Assembly: GCA_900550035.1 (NCBI GenBank)
Contig: URQS01000002.1
Location: 17,150 to 81,149, forward strand
DNA length: 64,000 bases
Source: an uncultured Prevotella sp.
GTDB taxonomy: Bacteria; Bacteroidota; Bacteroidia; Bacteroidales; Bacteroidaceae
Direction: 5' to 3'
Shown here: positions 42,054-52,182 of the stretch, piece after piece
Position numbering within the stretch: the first letter of the stretch is position 1
Layout: each line of letters starts with the position of its first letter
The notes under the pieces: model-generated
Databases searched by the model: none
Seen by the model: only the letters and a program-made list of their open reading frames with translations
Told to the model about the DNA's origin: nothing
Program-made: the position numbers and the translations under genes

Positions 42054-42591
42054 CCTGACTTCGTCATTGCGTCACCCAAAAATCTTCGTCAAAGAGTTTT
42101 GCAATTTTCTGATGCCTTGCCATCAACATTGTCTGAGTGTATACCTCCTTGTTCAGAGGTAGCTTAATTTGTATTGTTGTGATGGTCTTTGCCAATGCAA
42201 GCACCTTGTCTACGCTCATCTTAATCTCTGAGACTTTCAACATACGCTCCAATTCCTTGTAGACTTTCAAAGCCACAAAGCATATACATATATGAGCTTC
42301 TATGCGTTTGCGTGTAAAATGAAACATTGGGCGTATCTCTATCTTTGATTTTGCAATACGGGAAGCCCGTTCTACGTGCCAAAGGTTATGATATGCTGTA
42401 TATACATCCTGTATTGGTATATCCGTATTGGTGAGATAACCACCAAGACTGACGAGCAGACCGAGTATGATTTGGGGATTGCTGTGCCGGCCTTCTTTCG
42501 AGAAACCTGTCTTGCGTAATTCGTCCTCATAATCCGCTTCAAAGTAAAGTGTGGTGACATCATAGAATAACACCCGATTTTTTGCAAGCAC
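42054..42591 (-). mobile_element. IS1634-family transposase remnant
   Basis: FYDVTTLYFE, GFSKEGR, YHNLWHVER, RPMFH..KRIEAHICICF motifs; end motif CCTGACTT at 42054; 5' part and central part missing. Confidence 0.88.
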
Positions 42592-42796
42592 CTAATTGTT
42601 CTTTTAGGTCTATCCGATGTTTAACAAACATTAAATCTTCAGCGCTCTCATTTTTCTTTTACGTATTAGTTGTTTGGTATTCGTAATTATAATAAAACCA
42701 ACAATAATAGTAAGCAAAAAGGATGCTGACGCAGGTATAGCCACATTGAATTTGCTGTATGACAATGAAAATGTAAAGGAATAAGAATGCAACAAT

Positions 42797-44020
42797 ATGA
42801 AGTTTAGTTATTGGTATTACATCGCTACGCTTTTAGCATTGCTGCTCGCAACGGGCAGCAATGCTAAAGTCATCATTACAGCCACTAACACCTCGCAGCA
42901 TCAGCGCCAGGAGGTTGTGGCATGGAACGCCAAGGACGTTTGGCAGCGGCTTGGAGTAAAGGAGGGCAGCAGCTTGATAGTGAAGAATCCTTACGGTCAG
43001 ACCGTAACTCATCAGATTACACACGACGGCCGACTGCTCATTGACGTGACGGTGCGACCGGAAGGCACGGCTGAATTTACGGTTGAGCAGGGCAACAGCG
43101 CCGACTTCAAGCCTTATGTATTCGGCAAGCAGTATGCCTGGCGTGTCGACGACATAACGTGGGAGAACGACATTGCTGCCTATCGTGTCTACGGTCCGGC
43201 TCTGCAACGTTCGGGCGAGAAGGCTTATGGCATCGACGTATGGCTGAAGAGTACCAAGGAGCTTGACGTTGACCATCGCTATGCCGTGACATGGCAGTCG
43301 AACATCGACAAGGCTTTCTTCCGTAGCATTGGCAATCAGGAGGGAGTCGACTTCGTTGACCGTGCCACATCCTTCCACCTCGACCACGGACAGGGACTCG
43401 ACTGCTACAACGTAGGGCCGAGTATGGGATGCGGCACGCCTGCCGTGATGATTGGCGACTCGCTGGTTATGCCCTATTGCTATAAGGACTATGAGATATT
43501 GGACAACGGACCGCTTGAATTCACGCTCAGCCTTACATATCCAACGGTAGATATAGACGGACAAAACGTGACCGAACATCGACTGATATCGCTTGCCAAG
43601 GGTTGCTACTTCAACCGTATGACGGTATGGTACGACGGTCTGACCCGACCGATGGATGTGGCTGGAGGCTTCGTTGTGCATACATCTGCCTCTGAAGACC
43701 TAACGCTGGGCAAGGACTTCATCGCCTACGATGACCCAACCGATTCGTACGAACGTCATAACTTCCAGATATATGTGGCTGCAATTTTCCCCGAAGGCGG
43801 AGTGAAGACACGCTTTTTGCCCGACTGGGAGCACCTGAAGCAGGGCATCTATGGCAATGCTGTGGGCGTAAAGCGTGGCGTGAAAGCAGGCGAGAAGTGG
43901 AGCTACTGGTTTGGAGCGTCATGGTGTCAGAGCGGTACACCCGACCACGACTTCTGGATGATGCAGATAGACAGATTCAAAGAATATATAGCCAAGCCCC
44001 TGACCACAAGCATCAAGTAG
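42797..44020 (+). CDS. DUF4861 family secreted protein
   Basis: RVDDITWEND..YRVYGPAL, GIDVWLK, HLDHG.GLDCY.VGPS.GCG, ILDNGPL motifs. Confidence 0.85.
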   Translation: MKFSYWYYIATLLALLLATGSNAKVIITATNTSQHQRQEVVAWNAKDVWQRLGVKEGSSLIVKNPYGQTVTHQITHDGRLLIDVTVRPEGTAEFTVEQGNSADFKPYVFGKQYAWRVDDITWENDIAAYRVYGPALQRSGEKAYGIDVWLKSTKELDVDHRYAVTWQSNIDKAFFRSIGNQEGVDFVDRATSFHLDHGQGLDCYNVGPSMGCGTPAVMIGDSLVMPYCYKDYEILDNGPLEFTLSLTYPTVDIDGQNVTEHRLISLAKGCYFNRMTVWYDGLTRPMDVAGGFVVHTSASEDLTLGKDFIAYDDPTDSYERHNFQIYVAAIFPEGGVKTRFLPDWEHLKQGIYGNAVGVKRGVKAGEKWSYWFGASWCQSGTPDHDFWMMQIDRFKEYIAKPLTTSIK

Positions 44021-44102
44021 ACAGAAGAGCTTAATGTCAACATTAAGTATACCTTACGACTCATTCGTATTATTAATGTAAAACAGATCGAACATAATAT
44101 AT

Positions 44103-45335
44103 ATGATAAAGACCAAACGATTGATAGCACTCCTGTTTGCCGCCTTTGCCTTTAGTTCAGCCATAAGCATACAGGCGCAGACTCTCGACATAGACCGACA
44201 ATTGAAGTATTGCAGCACACAGGTGCACCGTGCTCTCGACGAGCTGCGTCATAAGGACGGCACATACGACTATACGATGCAACCCCGCAACATACTCAAT
44301 ACCGACAGACATAAGGGATGGAACTGCCGACCGGCTAAAGCCGAGGAGTGGTGCGACGGTTTCTGGCCAGGCATACTGTGGATGACATACCAGAATACCG
44401 GCGACGAGGCTGTGCGCCGTGCAGCCGAGGGATATACAGAGTCGCTACGGGACATAGCCTATCAGCCTTGCTACGACCATGACATAGGTTTCCTCATGTT
44501 CTGTTCATACGGCAAGGGCTATGAAGTGAACCATTCACGTGAATACAAGGACGTGATTCTTGCCTCAGCCGACTCGCTCGCCACGCTGTTCAATCCTATC
44601 GTAGGCACTATATTGAGCTGGCCACGCGAGGTAAAGCCACGCAACTGGCCCCATAACACCATTATGGACAACATGATGAATCTCGATATGATGTTCTGGG
44701 CAGCCAAGAACGGTGGCAACCCATTGCTCTACGACCTGGCTGTGACTCACGCCAAGACAACCATGCTGAACCACTTCCGCCCCGACGGCAGCTGCTATCA
44801 CGTGGCTGTATACGACACCATCAACGGCAATCTCATCAAGGGCGTCACGCATCAGGGCTATGCCGACAACTCGATGTGGGCACGTGGACAGTCGTGGGCT
44901 ATATACGGCTACACTATGGTGTACAGATATACACATAATAAGGTATTCCTCGACTTCGCGCAGAAAGTTACCGATGTTTATCTGAAACGACTCAAGCAGA
45001 CAAGCGACGACCTCATACCATTATGGGACATGGACGACCCTCGTGGCACAAAGGCTCCTAAGGATGCCAGTGCAGCGTGCGTTGTTGCCGATGCCTTGCT
45101 CGAACTGCAAGAGTATGTCGGCGATGAGAAGGGGGCTGAATACAAGGCTATAGCCCTGCAAACGCTCGCACAACTCAGCACACCGAAGTATCAGAGTGGC
45201 AAGCGCAACGTATCGTTCCTCATGCATAGCACAGGTCATCATCCTGCCGGAAGCGAAATCGATGCAAGCATAATATATGCCGACTACTATTATCTCGAAG
45301 CTCTGATGAGGGCAAAGCGTCTGAATGTGCGCTAA
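44103..45335 (+). CDS. GH88 unsaturated glucuronyl hydrolase
   Basis: Signal peptide; WCDGFWPG, HDIGF, TIMDNMMNL, THQG...WARGQSWAIYG, YADYYYLEAL motifs. Confidence 0.93.
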   Translation: MIKTKRLIALLFAAFAFSSAISIQAQTLDIDRQLKYCSTQVHRALDELRHKDGTYDYTMQPRNILNTDRHKGWNCRPAKAEEWCDGFWPGILWMTYQNTGDEAVRRAAEGYTESLRDIAYQPCYDHDIGFLMFCSYGKGYEVNHSREYKDVILASADSLATLFNPIVGTILSWPREVKPRNWPHNTIMDNMMNLDMMFWAAKNGGNPLLYDLAVTHAKTTMLNHFRPDGSCYHVAVYDTINGNLIKGVTHQGYADNSMWARGQSWAIYGYTMVYRYTHNKVFLDFAQKVTDVYLKRLKQTSDDLIPLWDMDDPRGTKAPKDASAACVVADALLELQEYVGDEKGAEYKAIALQTLAQLSTPKYQSGKRNVSFLMHSTGHHPAGSEIDASIIYADYYYLEALMRAKRLNVR

Positions 45336-45513
45336 TCAGGATAAAAAACAGAAGAAGATTTGTTTCAAAATAAGCATACAGTTAGATTGTAAAATTTAGT
45401 AGATTGTTTAAGTAGTAGATGTTTTTATGGTTTATTAGTTAATTTAAGGTTTAAGGTTAGTTTTAAGATTATGAAAATGGGTTTGTCGTGAGGCACACCC
45501 TTTTTTATGCCCA

Positions 45514-45563
45514 TAAAAAGAGGGTGTGCAATAGTCAATTAAACTATTGCACACCCGCCTTTT
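45514..45563. terminator. Terminator for the yitT-like gene
   Basis: GGGTGTGCAATAGT...ACTATTGCACACCC flanked by A and T runs. Confidence 0.8.
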
Positions 45564-45583
45564 ATCATCCTTACCGTATCTGG

Positions 45584-46519
45584 TTATTCCTTATTCTGCC
45601 GCATCTTCTCGCGCAGCTCCTTCAGATTGAGCTTTCTGTGTGCCTTGACATGGTCGAAGCCCTGACCGTAGACCCCTATTACCGACGACTGTGCCACAAA
45701 GGCATTGGGGTCAATCTCGTCGATGAGTTCGAAGATGAAGCTCGACTCGCTCTTCTTGGCTATGCAGAATAGCACCTTAATGTCTTTCTTGGTGAAGAAT
45801 CCGCTACCATTGAGCATAGAGCAACCGCGGTCGGCTATCTGATTGATGGCCTCGCCTATCTCCTGATACTTGTCGGATATGATGAAGAACTGCACGCTTC
45901 GGCGTAGAGAGTTGACCAAATGGTCGACAACAAACGAGATGACGAAGAGCAGAACGTAGCCGTAGAGCACCTTTTCCCAGTCTTGCAGCACCACATACGA
46001 CGAGGTGATGATGGTAAGGTCGCAGAAGAGGATGATATGGCCGAGCGACACGTCACGATACTTATGCACCATAGCAGCAATAACGTCCGAACCACCTGTC
46101 GAACCTCCTGCCGACAGACCCAGTCCGACGCTGGTGCCCAAGAACACGGCACCAACCATACATGCCATGAATTTCTGGTCGGCAAGCAGATGCAGATCGG
46201 GCGGCATAATGCTCTGCAATATAGTAGAGGCAAGCGTGAACACCACAACTCCGTAGATGGTCTTGGCACAGAAACGCCATCCCAGCACCTTCAGAGCCAC
46301 GATAAGCAGCACAGCGTTGAGCGCAAAGAAGGTGTCCTGCACGGGTATGCCCGTGCCCCAATACACAATCGAAGCCACACCGATGATGCCGCCAGTAGTG
46401 ATTTCGTTGGGCAGCAGGAACAGATTAAGACCTACTACGCCTAACAACATTGCAATGGTGATGATGCCATAGTCGCGCAACTGGCGCAACAACTTGCCTT
46501 TGTTTCTTCTTGAATGCAT
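45584..46519 (-). CDS. YitT family membrane protein
   Basis: TGGIIG, GGSTGGSD and IDPNAFV...G.YGQGF motifs. Confidence 0.9.
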   Translation of the reverse strand: MHSRRNKGKLLRQLRDYGIITIAMLLGVVGLNLFLLPNEITTGGIIGVASIVYWGTGIPVQDTFFALNAVLLIVALKVLGWRFCAKTIYGVVVFTLASTILQSIMPPDLHLLADQKFMACMVGAVFLGTSVGLGLSAGGSTGGSDVIAAMVHKYRDVSLGHIILFCDLTIITSSYVVLQDWEKVLYGYVLLFVISFVVDHLVNSLRRSVQFFIISDKYQEIGEAINQIADRGCSMLNGSGFFTKKDIKVLFCIAKKSESSFIFELIDEIDPNAFVAQSSVIGVYGQGFDHVKAHRKLNLKELREKMRQNKE

Positions 46520-46856
46520 AAATTGTCGATTTGTTTAGATCATTTTTCCAACTAAAAATGTTGGTATGCAAAGTTAATAAGAATTACTAAAAACGACAAG
46601 AATTTTTGTGTCCTAAAAATCACACAACAAAAAAAAACAACATCTCAACACCATAACTTTGGAGCACTGCCCCAAACAATATTTGCATTTTCTATCACTC
46701 AAAACTGCGACCTGAACGCACAAGGAAATCTTTGGCTCGAAATTCGCGAGTTTTGAGCTCTTAGCATCAAAGCATTGGATTTCAATCACTTGCAGCATTA
46801 CCGCCCAAAATAAGCAATGGCAAACCTCACAAAAACAGTCCTTCTCATTTAAAATG

Positions 46857-46944
46857 GACTACTTTTGCAATGCAAAAAGACTACAGTTGCAATGCAAAAC
46901 GACTACAGTTGCACTGCAAAAGGACTACATTTGAAGGCAAAGAA
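46857..46944. repeat. Four tandem degenerate 22-bp repeats
   Basis: Units start at 46857, 46879, 46901 and 46923; consensus GACTACAGTTGCAATGCAAAAN. Confidence 0.85.
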
Positions 46945-47081
46945 GGATAAAATGAAAAATTGAAGGGCAACTGACAAGCAAAAAAGCAATAAAAACGCTC
47001 ATGTAATTCTCTAAAATCGATTTTTGATTTGTAACACTTTTTTACCGCATGTACTATATTTGCATATGAAAAATACCAAAT

Positions 47082-47118
47082 AAAAAAAGCCCAGAGCGTA
47101 ATGCCCTGGGCTTTTTTT
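47082..47118. terminator. Terminator of the kdu operon
   Basis: AAAAAAAGCCCAGAGC-GTAAT-GCCCTGGGCTTTTTTT. Confidence 0.88.
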
Positions 47119-47135
47119 AGTATATAAACTTACGA

Positions 47136-47930
47136 TTATGGCTGCTTGCCGATGTAAGCCAAGATACCACCGTCTACGTAGAGAACGTGACCGTTTACGA
47201 AGTTTGAGGCATCGCTGGCGAGGAACACAACGGGACCCATCAAGTCCTCGGGAGTACCCCAACGTGCAGCAGGAGTCTTAGCTACGATGAAGCTGTCGAA
47301 CGGATGACGTGAGCCGTCAGCCTGACGCTCGCGCAGAGGAGCGGTCTGAGGAGTAGCGATGTAGCCCGGACCGATACCGTTGCACTGTATGTTGTATTCG
47401 CCGAACTCTGAACAAATGTTGCGTGTGAGCATCTTCAAGCCGCCCTTTGCAGCTGCGTATGCCGAAACAGTCTCACGACCAAGCTCTGACATCATTGAGC
47501 AGATGTTGATAATCTTGCCGTGACCCTTCTCCTTCATGCCAGGAATGACAGCCTTAGACACGATGAAAGGAGCGTTGAGGTCGATATCGATAACCTGACG
47601 GAAGTCCTCTACAGACATCTCAGTCATAGGAATACGCTTGATGATACCAGCATTGTTAACGAGGATGTCGATAAAACCGAGTTCCTTGTTGATGTCGGCT
47701 ACCATTGCCTTTACCTGCTCTTCGTCGGTAACGTCGCAGATATAACCATGAGCCTCGATGCCCTTAGCCTTATAGTCGGCAAGAGCCTGGTCCATGTGGT
47801 GCTGTGAACGGCAGTTGAACGCAATCTTTGCGCCTGCATTGTACAGAGCTTCAGCCATAGCAAAACCGATGCCGTAGGCTGCTCCAGTAACGAGGGCTAC
47901 CTTGCCCTCAAGTGAAAACATTTTGTCCAT
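47136..47930 (-). CDS. kduD: SDR, gluconate 5-dehydrogenase/KduD-like 2-keto-3-deoxygluconate oxidoreductase
   Basis: TGAAYGIG, NNAG, YAAAK motifs; directly after kduI. Confidence 0.85.
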   Translation of the reverse strand: MDKMFSLEGKVALVTGAAYGIGFAMAEALYNAGAKIAFNCRSQHHMDQALADYKAKGIEAHGYICDVTDEEQVKAMVADINKELGFIDILVNNAGIIKRIPMTEMSVEDFRQVIDIDLNAPFIVSKAVIPGMKEKGHGKIINICSMMSELGRETVSAYAAAKGGLKMLTRNICSEFGEYNIQCNGIGPGYIATPQTAPLRERQADGSRHPFDSFIVAKTPAARWGTPEDLMGPVVFLASDASNFVNGHVLYVDGGILAYIGKQP

Positions 47931-47947
47931 TGTTGTTACTTTTAGTT

Positions 47948-48865
47948 TTATTTCAAGTCAGTTGTCTGGATTTTCTGCATATCGCCATAGTCGAGATTCT
48001 CGCCTGCCATACCCCAGATGAATGTATAGTTGCTGGTACCGGCAGCGCAGTGAACCGACCATTGCGGAGAGATGACAGCCTGCTCGTTGTTCAGCCACAT
48101 CGGACGGGTCTCCTGCGGCTCACCCATAATGTGACAAATGCGCTGCCCCTCGGGTACGTTGAAGTAGAGATAGGTCTCCATACGGCGCATGTGTGTGTGA
48201 GCCGGCATTGTGTTCCATACCGAACCGGTCTTCAGCTCGGTAACACCCATCTGCAACTGGCATGTGCGTACGCCTGCTACACCGTTGATGATGAGCTGAT
48301 GTATAACACGGTCGTTGCTCTCGGCAAGCGAACCAGCCTTGATGTTCTTGGCTTCCTTCAGTGTGACGAGCTTTGTGGGGAATGAAGTGTGAGCTGTAGC
48401 ACTGTTCATATAGAACTTGGCAGGATTCTTGGGGTCCTTGCTTGAGAGTGTGATGTTGTTAGGGTTTTTCTCTGTAGAGCGTCCTATGTAGATGCCCTCC
48501 TGGAAGTTGAGGTCGTACTTCTTGCCGTCAACTGTAACAACACCAGGTCCGCCGATGTTGATGATACCCATCTCACGGTTCTCGAGGAATGTCTTGGCGA
48601 GCAGCGGCTCGATTGGTTCGATCTTGATAGGAGCGTCAACTGGCTCGGCACCTCCTATGAGGAAGCGGTCGTACATAGTGTATGTCCAGTTAACTTCGTT
48701 TGGAGCGAATACCTTCTCTACCAAGAACTCCTTGCGCAAACGGTCGGTAGTGTAGTGCTTGGCATCCTCCGGATGATTCGCCCAACGTACCTGATAGTTT
48801 ACATTCTGTGCCATTGCCGACATTGACATGAGGGCAACGGCTGCTGTGATGAATAATTTCTTCAT
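47948..48865 (-). CDS. kduI: 5-dehydro-4-deoxy-D-glucuronate isomerase with an N-terminal signal peptide
   Basis: [36 protein letters not shown] motifs; leader [20 protein letters not shown]. Confidence 0.95.
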   Translation of the reverse strand: MKKLFITAAVALMSMSAMAQNVNYQVRWANHPEDAKHYTTDRLRKEFLVEKVFAPNEVNWTYTMYDRFLIGGAEPVDAPIKIEPIEPLLAKTFLENREMGIINIGGPGVVTVDGKKYDLNFQEGIYIGRSTEKNPNNITLSSKDPKNPAKFYMNSATAHTSFPTKLVTLKEAKNIKAGSLAESNDRVIHQLIINGVAGVRTCQLQMGVTELKTGSVWNTMPAHTHMRRMETYLYFNVPEGQRICHIMGEPQETRPMWLNNEQAVISPQWSVHCAAGTSNYTFIWGMAGENLDYGDMQKIQTTDLK

Positions 48866-48888
48866 TTATCTATTGTTTGTTTTTAGAT

Positions 48889-50250
48889 TTACTTGCGTGT
48901 AACGTCCTTAACGATGCGTGTGCGGTTGTACCACATCATACCCAATGTGATGGCTACAAGGATAGCCGGGCCAACATACTTGACATGGCATGAGAGCTTG
49001 TAGATGATCCATCCGAATGACGAAGCGGCAAAGTCGAGTGCACCACCCGAGAATCCTTCAGGAATGTGAGCGGTAGCGTCGCCAGTGGCAGCATATACCT
49101 GATTGGCTGCCATGGTGAAGTCGGGAGCCATATCCGTTACGAAGTACAGACCGATGATGAGCGTTACAAGACCGATGATGAGGGTCTTCACCACATTGCC
49201 CTTAGTGAAAGGCAATACCATCGGGAACAGATAGAACATTCCGGCGAGCGATGCCAACGGAAGGAACTGATTGCCCGGGAGGAACACAGCCAATGCAAGG
49301 ATAACGGGGATGAGGATGACCGAAGCCACGAGTGTGGTAGGATGACCGATAACGAGAGCGGGGCTCATACCGATGTAGACCTTCTTGCCGTTGAACTTCG
49401 ACTTAACCAGCTCCTGTGTCTTCTCCGAAATAGGCTTCAATCCCTCGATGAAGAGTGATGTGATGCGTGGGATAAGCTCCATAACGGCACCCATTGTAAC
49501 GCCGAGGAAGAGCACCTTCTTGATGTCAAGCTGTGCTGCCCAACCGATGAGCATACCTACGATGACACCCAATACGAGCGGTTCGCCGAGCACACCAAAC
49601 TTCTTCTTCATGCCCTCAGCGTCGATGTCGAGCTTAGAGAAGCCTGGAATGCTGTCGAGAGCCTTGTTGAATATGATGGCGAAAGGCATGAAGCTCTGGC
49701 AGAAAGGCTGCGGAATAGAGATGCCTTCGAGGTCGTAATGCTTCTGGAACTTCTCGGCTGTAAGGTCGGCACATACAAGTGTGTTGATGTAGCAGATGAT
49801 GGCTGCAAAGTAGCCCCACAACAGGCTCTCGCCCATCACGAAATATACAACCGCACCGATGAATGCAAAGTGCCAGTAGTTCCAAAGGTCGATATTGACA
49901 GTACGTGTGGTCTTGGTGATGAGCATGAGGAAATTGACGCCAAGACAGATGGGGATGATGAGTGCGCCAACAGCGGTGTTGTAAGCCACAGCGGCTGCAG
50001 CAGGCCAACCCATGTCGAACACGTTGAGCTGCAAATGATATATCTCGGAGATGCCCTTGAGCGGATCGTTGAAGTTGGAGGTAAGCAATGATGTAACAAC
50101 TCCCAAACCTACGAAGCCCACACCAACATAAAGTCCCGACTTGAATGCCTTGCCGAACTTCATGCCGATGCCAAGACCGATGACGGTGAAGAGTATAGGC
50201 ATCATCACCGATGCACCAAGACTAATTATGTAACTGAAAACTTGATCCAT
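48889..50250 (-). CDS. PTS galactitol-family EIIC (GatC-like) permease, orphan
   Basis: LGASVMMP, DMGWP, RTVNIDLWNYWHFAF, LPGNQFLPLASL motifs; many TM helices; no EIIA or EIIB in the window. Confidence 0.88.
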   Translation of the reverse strand: MDQVFSYIISLGASVMMPILFTVIGLGIGMKFGKAFKSGLYVGVGFVGLGVVTSLLTSNFNDPLKGISEIYHLQLNVFDMGWPAAAAVAYNTAVGALIIPICLGVNFLMLITKTTRTVNIDLWNYWHFAFIGAVVYFVMGESLLWGYFAAIICYINTLVCADLTAEKFQKHYDLEGISIPQPFCQSFMPFAIIFNKALDSIPGFSKLDIDAEGMKKKFGVLGEPLVLGVIVGMLIGWAAQLDIKKVLFLGVTMGAVMELIPRITSLFIEGLKPISEKTQELVKSKFNGKKVYIGMSPALVIGHPTTLVASVILIPVILALAVFLPGNQFLPLASLAGMFYLFPMVLPFTKGNVVKTLIIGLVTLIIGLYFVTDMAPDFTMAANQVYAATGDATAHIPEGFSGGALDFAASSFGWIIYKLSCHVKYVGPAILVAITLGMMWYNRTRIVKDVTRK

Positions 50251-50289
50251 TTATTTTTAATATAAGGAAAGATTATAGTTGCTATATAT

Positions 50290-50964
50290 TTACTTAGACT
50301 CGCGTGCATTGGCTACATACTGCAACGACTCGCGGCACTTGTCGCTAACGGCCTTCCAGTCGCCTGCAGCGATAGTGGCCTTCGGGAACAGCTTAGAGCC
50401 CATGCCTACGCAGTTGGCGCCAGCCTTGATCCATGAAGCAATGTTGTCAGCGTCGGGCGAAACACCACCGGTAACCATGATGAGCGACCAAGGCATCGGA
50501 GCCTTCAAGCCCTTAACGAAGTTAGGACCGAGAACGTCGCCAGGGAATACCTTGCAAAGGTCGCAACCCATCTCCTGAGCCATACCTACCTCTGTCACCG
50601 AACCGCAACCCGGTGTGTAGGGGATGAGGCGGCGGTTGCACACCTTGGCAACATCGGGGTTGAACAACGGGCCTACTACGAAGCAAGCACCAAGCTGGAT
50701 GTAGAGCGATGCTGTAGGAGCGTCAACAATTGAACCTACACCCATAGCCATCTCAGGACATTCCTTTGCTGCAAACTTAACCACCTCGGCAAACACTTCG
50801 TGTGCGAAGTCGCCACGGTTGGTGAACTCGAATGCGCGCACGCCACCCTCGTAGCATGCCTTTACTATATTCTTTGCTATCTCTACATCGTTGCTGTAGA
50901 ATACAGGTACCATACCGGTTCCGGTAATCTTAGCAAGTACCTGCTGTTTGTTGAATTTTGCCAT
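50290..50964 (-). CDS. eda: KDPG/KHG aldolase
   Basis: FEFTNR, GVGSIVD, PGC....E, CKVFPG, MVTGGV motifs; start placed at MAKFNK. Confidence 0.92.
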   Translation of the reverse strand: MAKFNKQQVLAKITGTGMVPVFYSNDVEIAKNIVKACYEGGVRAFEFTNRGDFAHEVFAEVVKFAAKECPEMAMGVGSIVDAPTASLYIQLGACFVVGPLFNPDVAKVCNRRLIPYTPGCGSVTEVGMAQEMGCDLCKVFPGDVLGPNFVKGLKAPMPWSLIMVTGGVSPDADNIASWIKAGANCVGMGSKLFPKATIAAGDWKAVSDKCRESLQYVANARESK

Positions 50965-50980
50965 AATTAAAGTATAATTG

Positions 50981-51026
50981 GAAGCCCTACCCCCAGCCCC
51001 TCCCCCGTAGGGAGGGGAGTGGTATG
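50981..51026. repeat. GC-rich REP-like palindrome between kdgK and eda
   Basis: CCCCAGCCCCTCCCCCGTAGGGAGGGGAG hairpin. Confidence 0.65.
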
Positions 51027-51064
51027 TTGGGCTACTTAAAGATTTTAAAATTAATTTTAAAGTT

Positions 51065-52087
51065 TTATCTCTGTACTCTACCGTTAGCATTACCAGCAGC
51101 AAGAGCCTCTACCTCGTCAACTGCAACAAGGTTGAAGTCGCCATTGATAGTGTGCTTCAGAGCCGAAGCAGCTACTGCAAACTCGAGAGCCTCGCCCTGT
51201 GTCGGCTTGGTGAGCAAGCCGTGGATAAGACCACCTGAGAATGAGTCGCCACCACCTACGCGGTCGATGATAGGCATGATGTCGTAACGACGGCTCTCGT
51301 AGAACTCCTCACCGTTGTAGATAAGAGCCTTCCATCCGTTGTGAGTAGCCGAGAAGCTCTCGCGCAATGTAGAAACTACGTACTTGAAACCGAACTCCTT
51401 CTGCATCTGCTCGAAAATCTTGTGATAACCGCTTGCGTCGGTCTGGCCACCCTCTACGTCAGCGTCGGGCTTGAAGCCGAGGCAGAGCTGTGCGTCCTCC
51501 TCGTTGCCGATGCAAACGTCAACATACTGCATCAATGGGCGCATTACAGAGATTGCTTTCTCAGAAGTCCAAAGCTTCTTGCGGAAGTTGAGGTCGACGC
51601 TCACTGTAACGCCATGACGCTTGGCAGCCTCGCAAGCGAGACGGGTCAGCTCGGCAGCCTTGTCGCTGATAGCTGGTGTGATGCCGCTCCAGTGGAACCA
51701 CTGTGCGCCCTCCATGATAGCGTCGAAATCGAAATCCTCGGGATTAGCCTCGGCGATAGAAGAGTGTGCACGGTCGTAGATAACCTTCGACGGACGCATT
51801 GAAGCACCTGTCTCAGCATAGTAAAGACCTACGCGTTCGCCACCACGAGCGATGAAGCGTGTATCAACGCCATAACGACGCAATGCGTTGATGGCAATCT
51901 GTCCGATGTCGTGCTTAGGAAGTTTGCTCACAAAGTAAGCCTCATGTCCATAGTTGGCCACACTTACAGCCACATTAGCCTCACCACCACCAGGGATGAT
52001 ACGGAACATTTCTGACTGGATGAAACGATCGTTGCCGTTAGGCGAAAGGCGGAGCATAATCTCGCCAAGAGTAATAATTTTTGCCAT
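51065..52087 (-). CDS. kdgK: 2-keto-3-deoxygluconate kinase (PfkB family)
   Basis: [29 protein letters not shown] motifs. Confidence 0.93.
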   Translation of the reverse strand: MAKIITLGEIMLRLSPNGNDRFIQSEMFRIIPGGGEANVAVSVANYGHEAYFVSKLPKHDIGQIAINALRRYGVDTRFIARGGERVGLYYAETGASMRPSKVIYDRAHSSIAEANPEDFDFDAIMEGAQWFHWSGITPAISDKAAELTRLACEAAKRHGVTVSVDLNFRKKLWTSEKAISVMRPLMQYVDVCIGNEEDAQLCLGFKPDADVEGGQTDASGYHKIFEQMQKEFGFKYVVSTLRESFSATHNGWKALIYNGEEFYESRRYDIMPIIDRVGGGDSFSGGLIHGLLTKPTQGEALEFAVAASALKHTINGDFNLVAVDEVEALAAGNANGRVQR

Positions 52088-52182
52088 TGTTGTTATATAT
52101 GTTAATATCTTTAGTTAATAAGTATACGAGTTTATAGAATAACCTACTGATATAAGAACTGATATATACACTCTATACTGTC

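Noticed and set aside
13122..42600. Integrative element inserted at tRNA-Lys
   Set aside because: No integrase, and I saw no duplicate of the tRNA 3' end; this cannot be fully excluded by eye.
42716..42784. Possible gene tail KKDADAGIATLNLLYDNENVKE*
   Set aside because: Too short to assign to a family.
46857..46944. CRISPR array or plasmid origin
   Set aside because: Contiguous repeats without spacers; no Rep or cas gene in the window.
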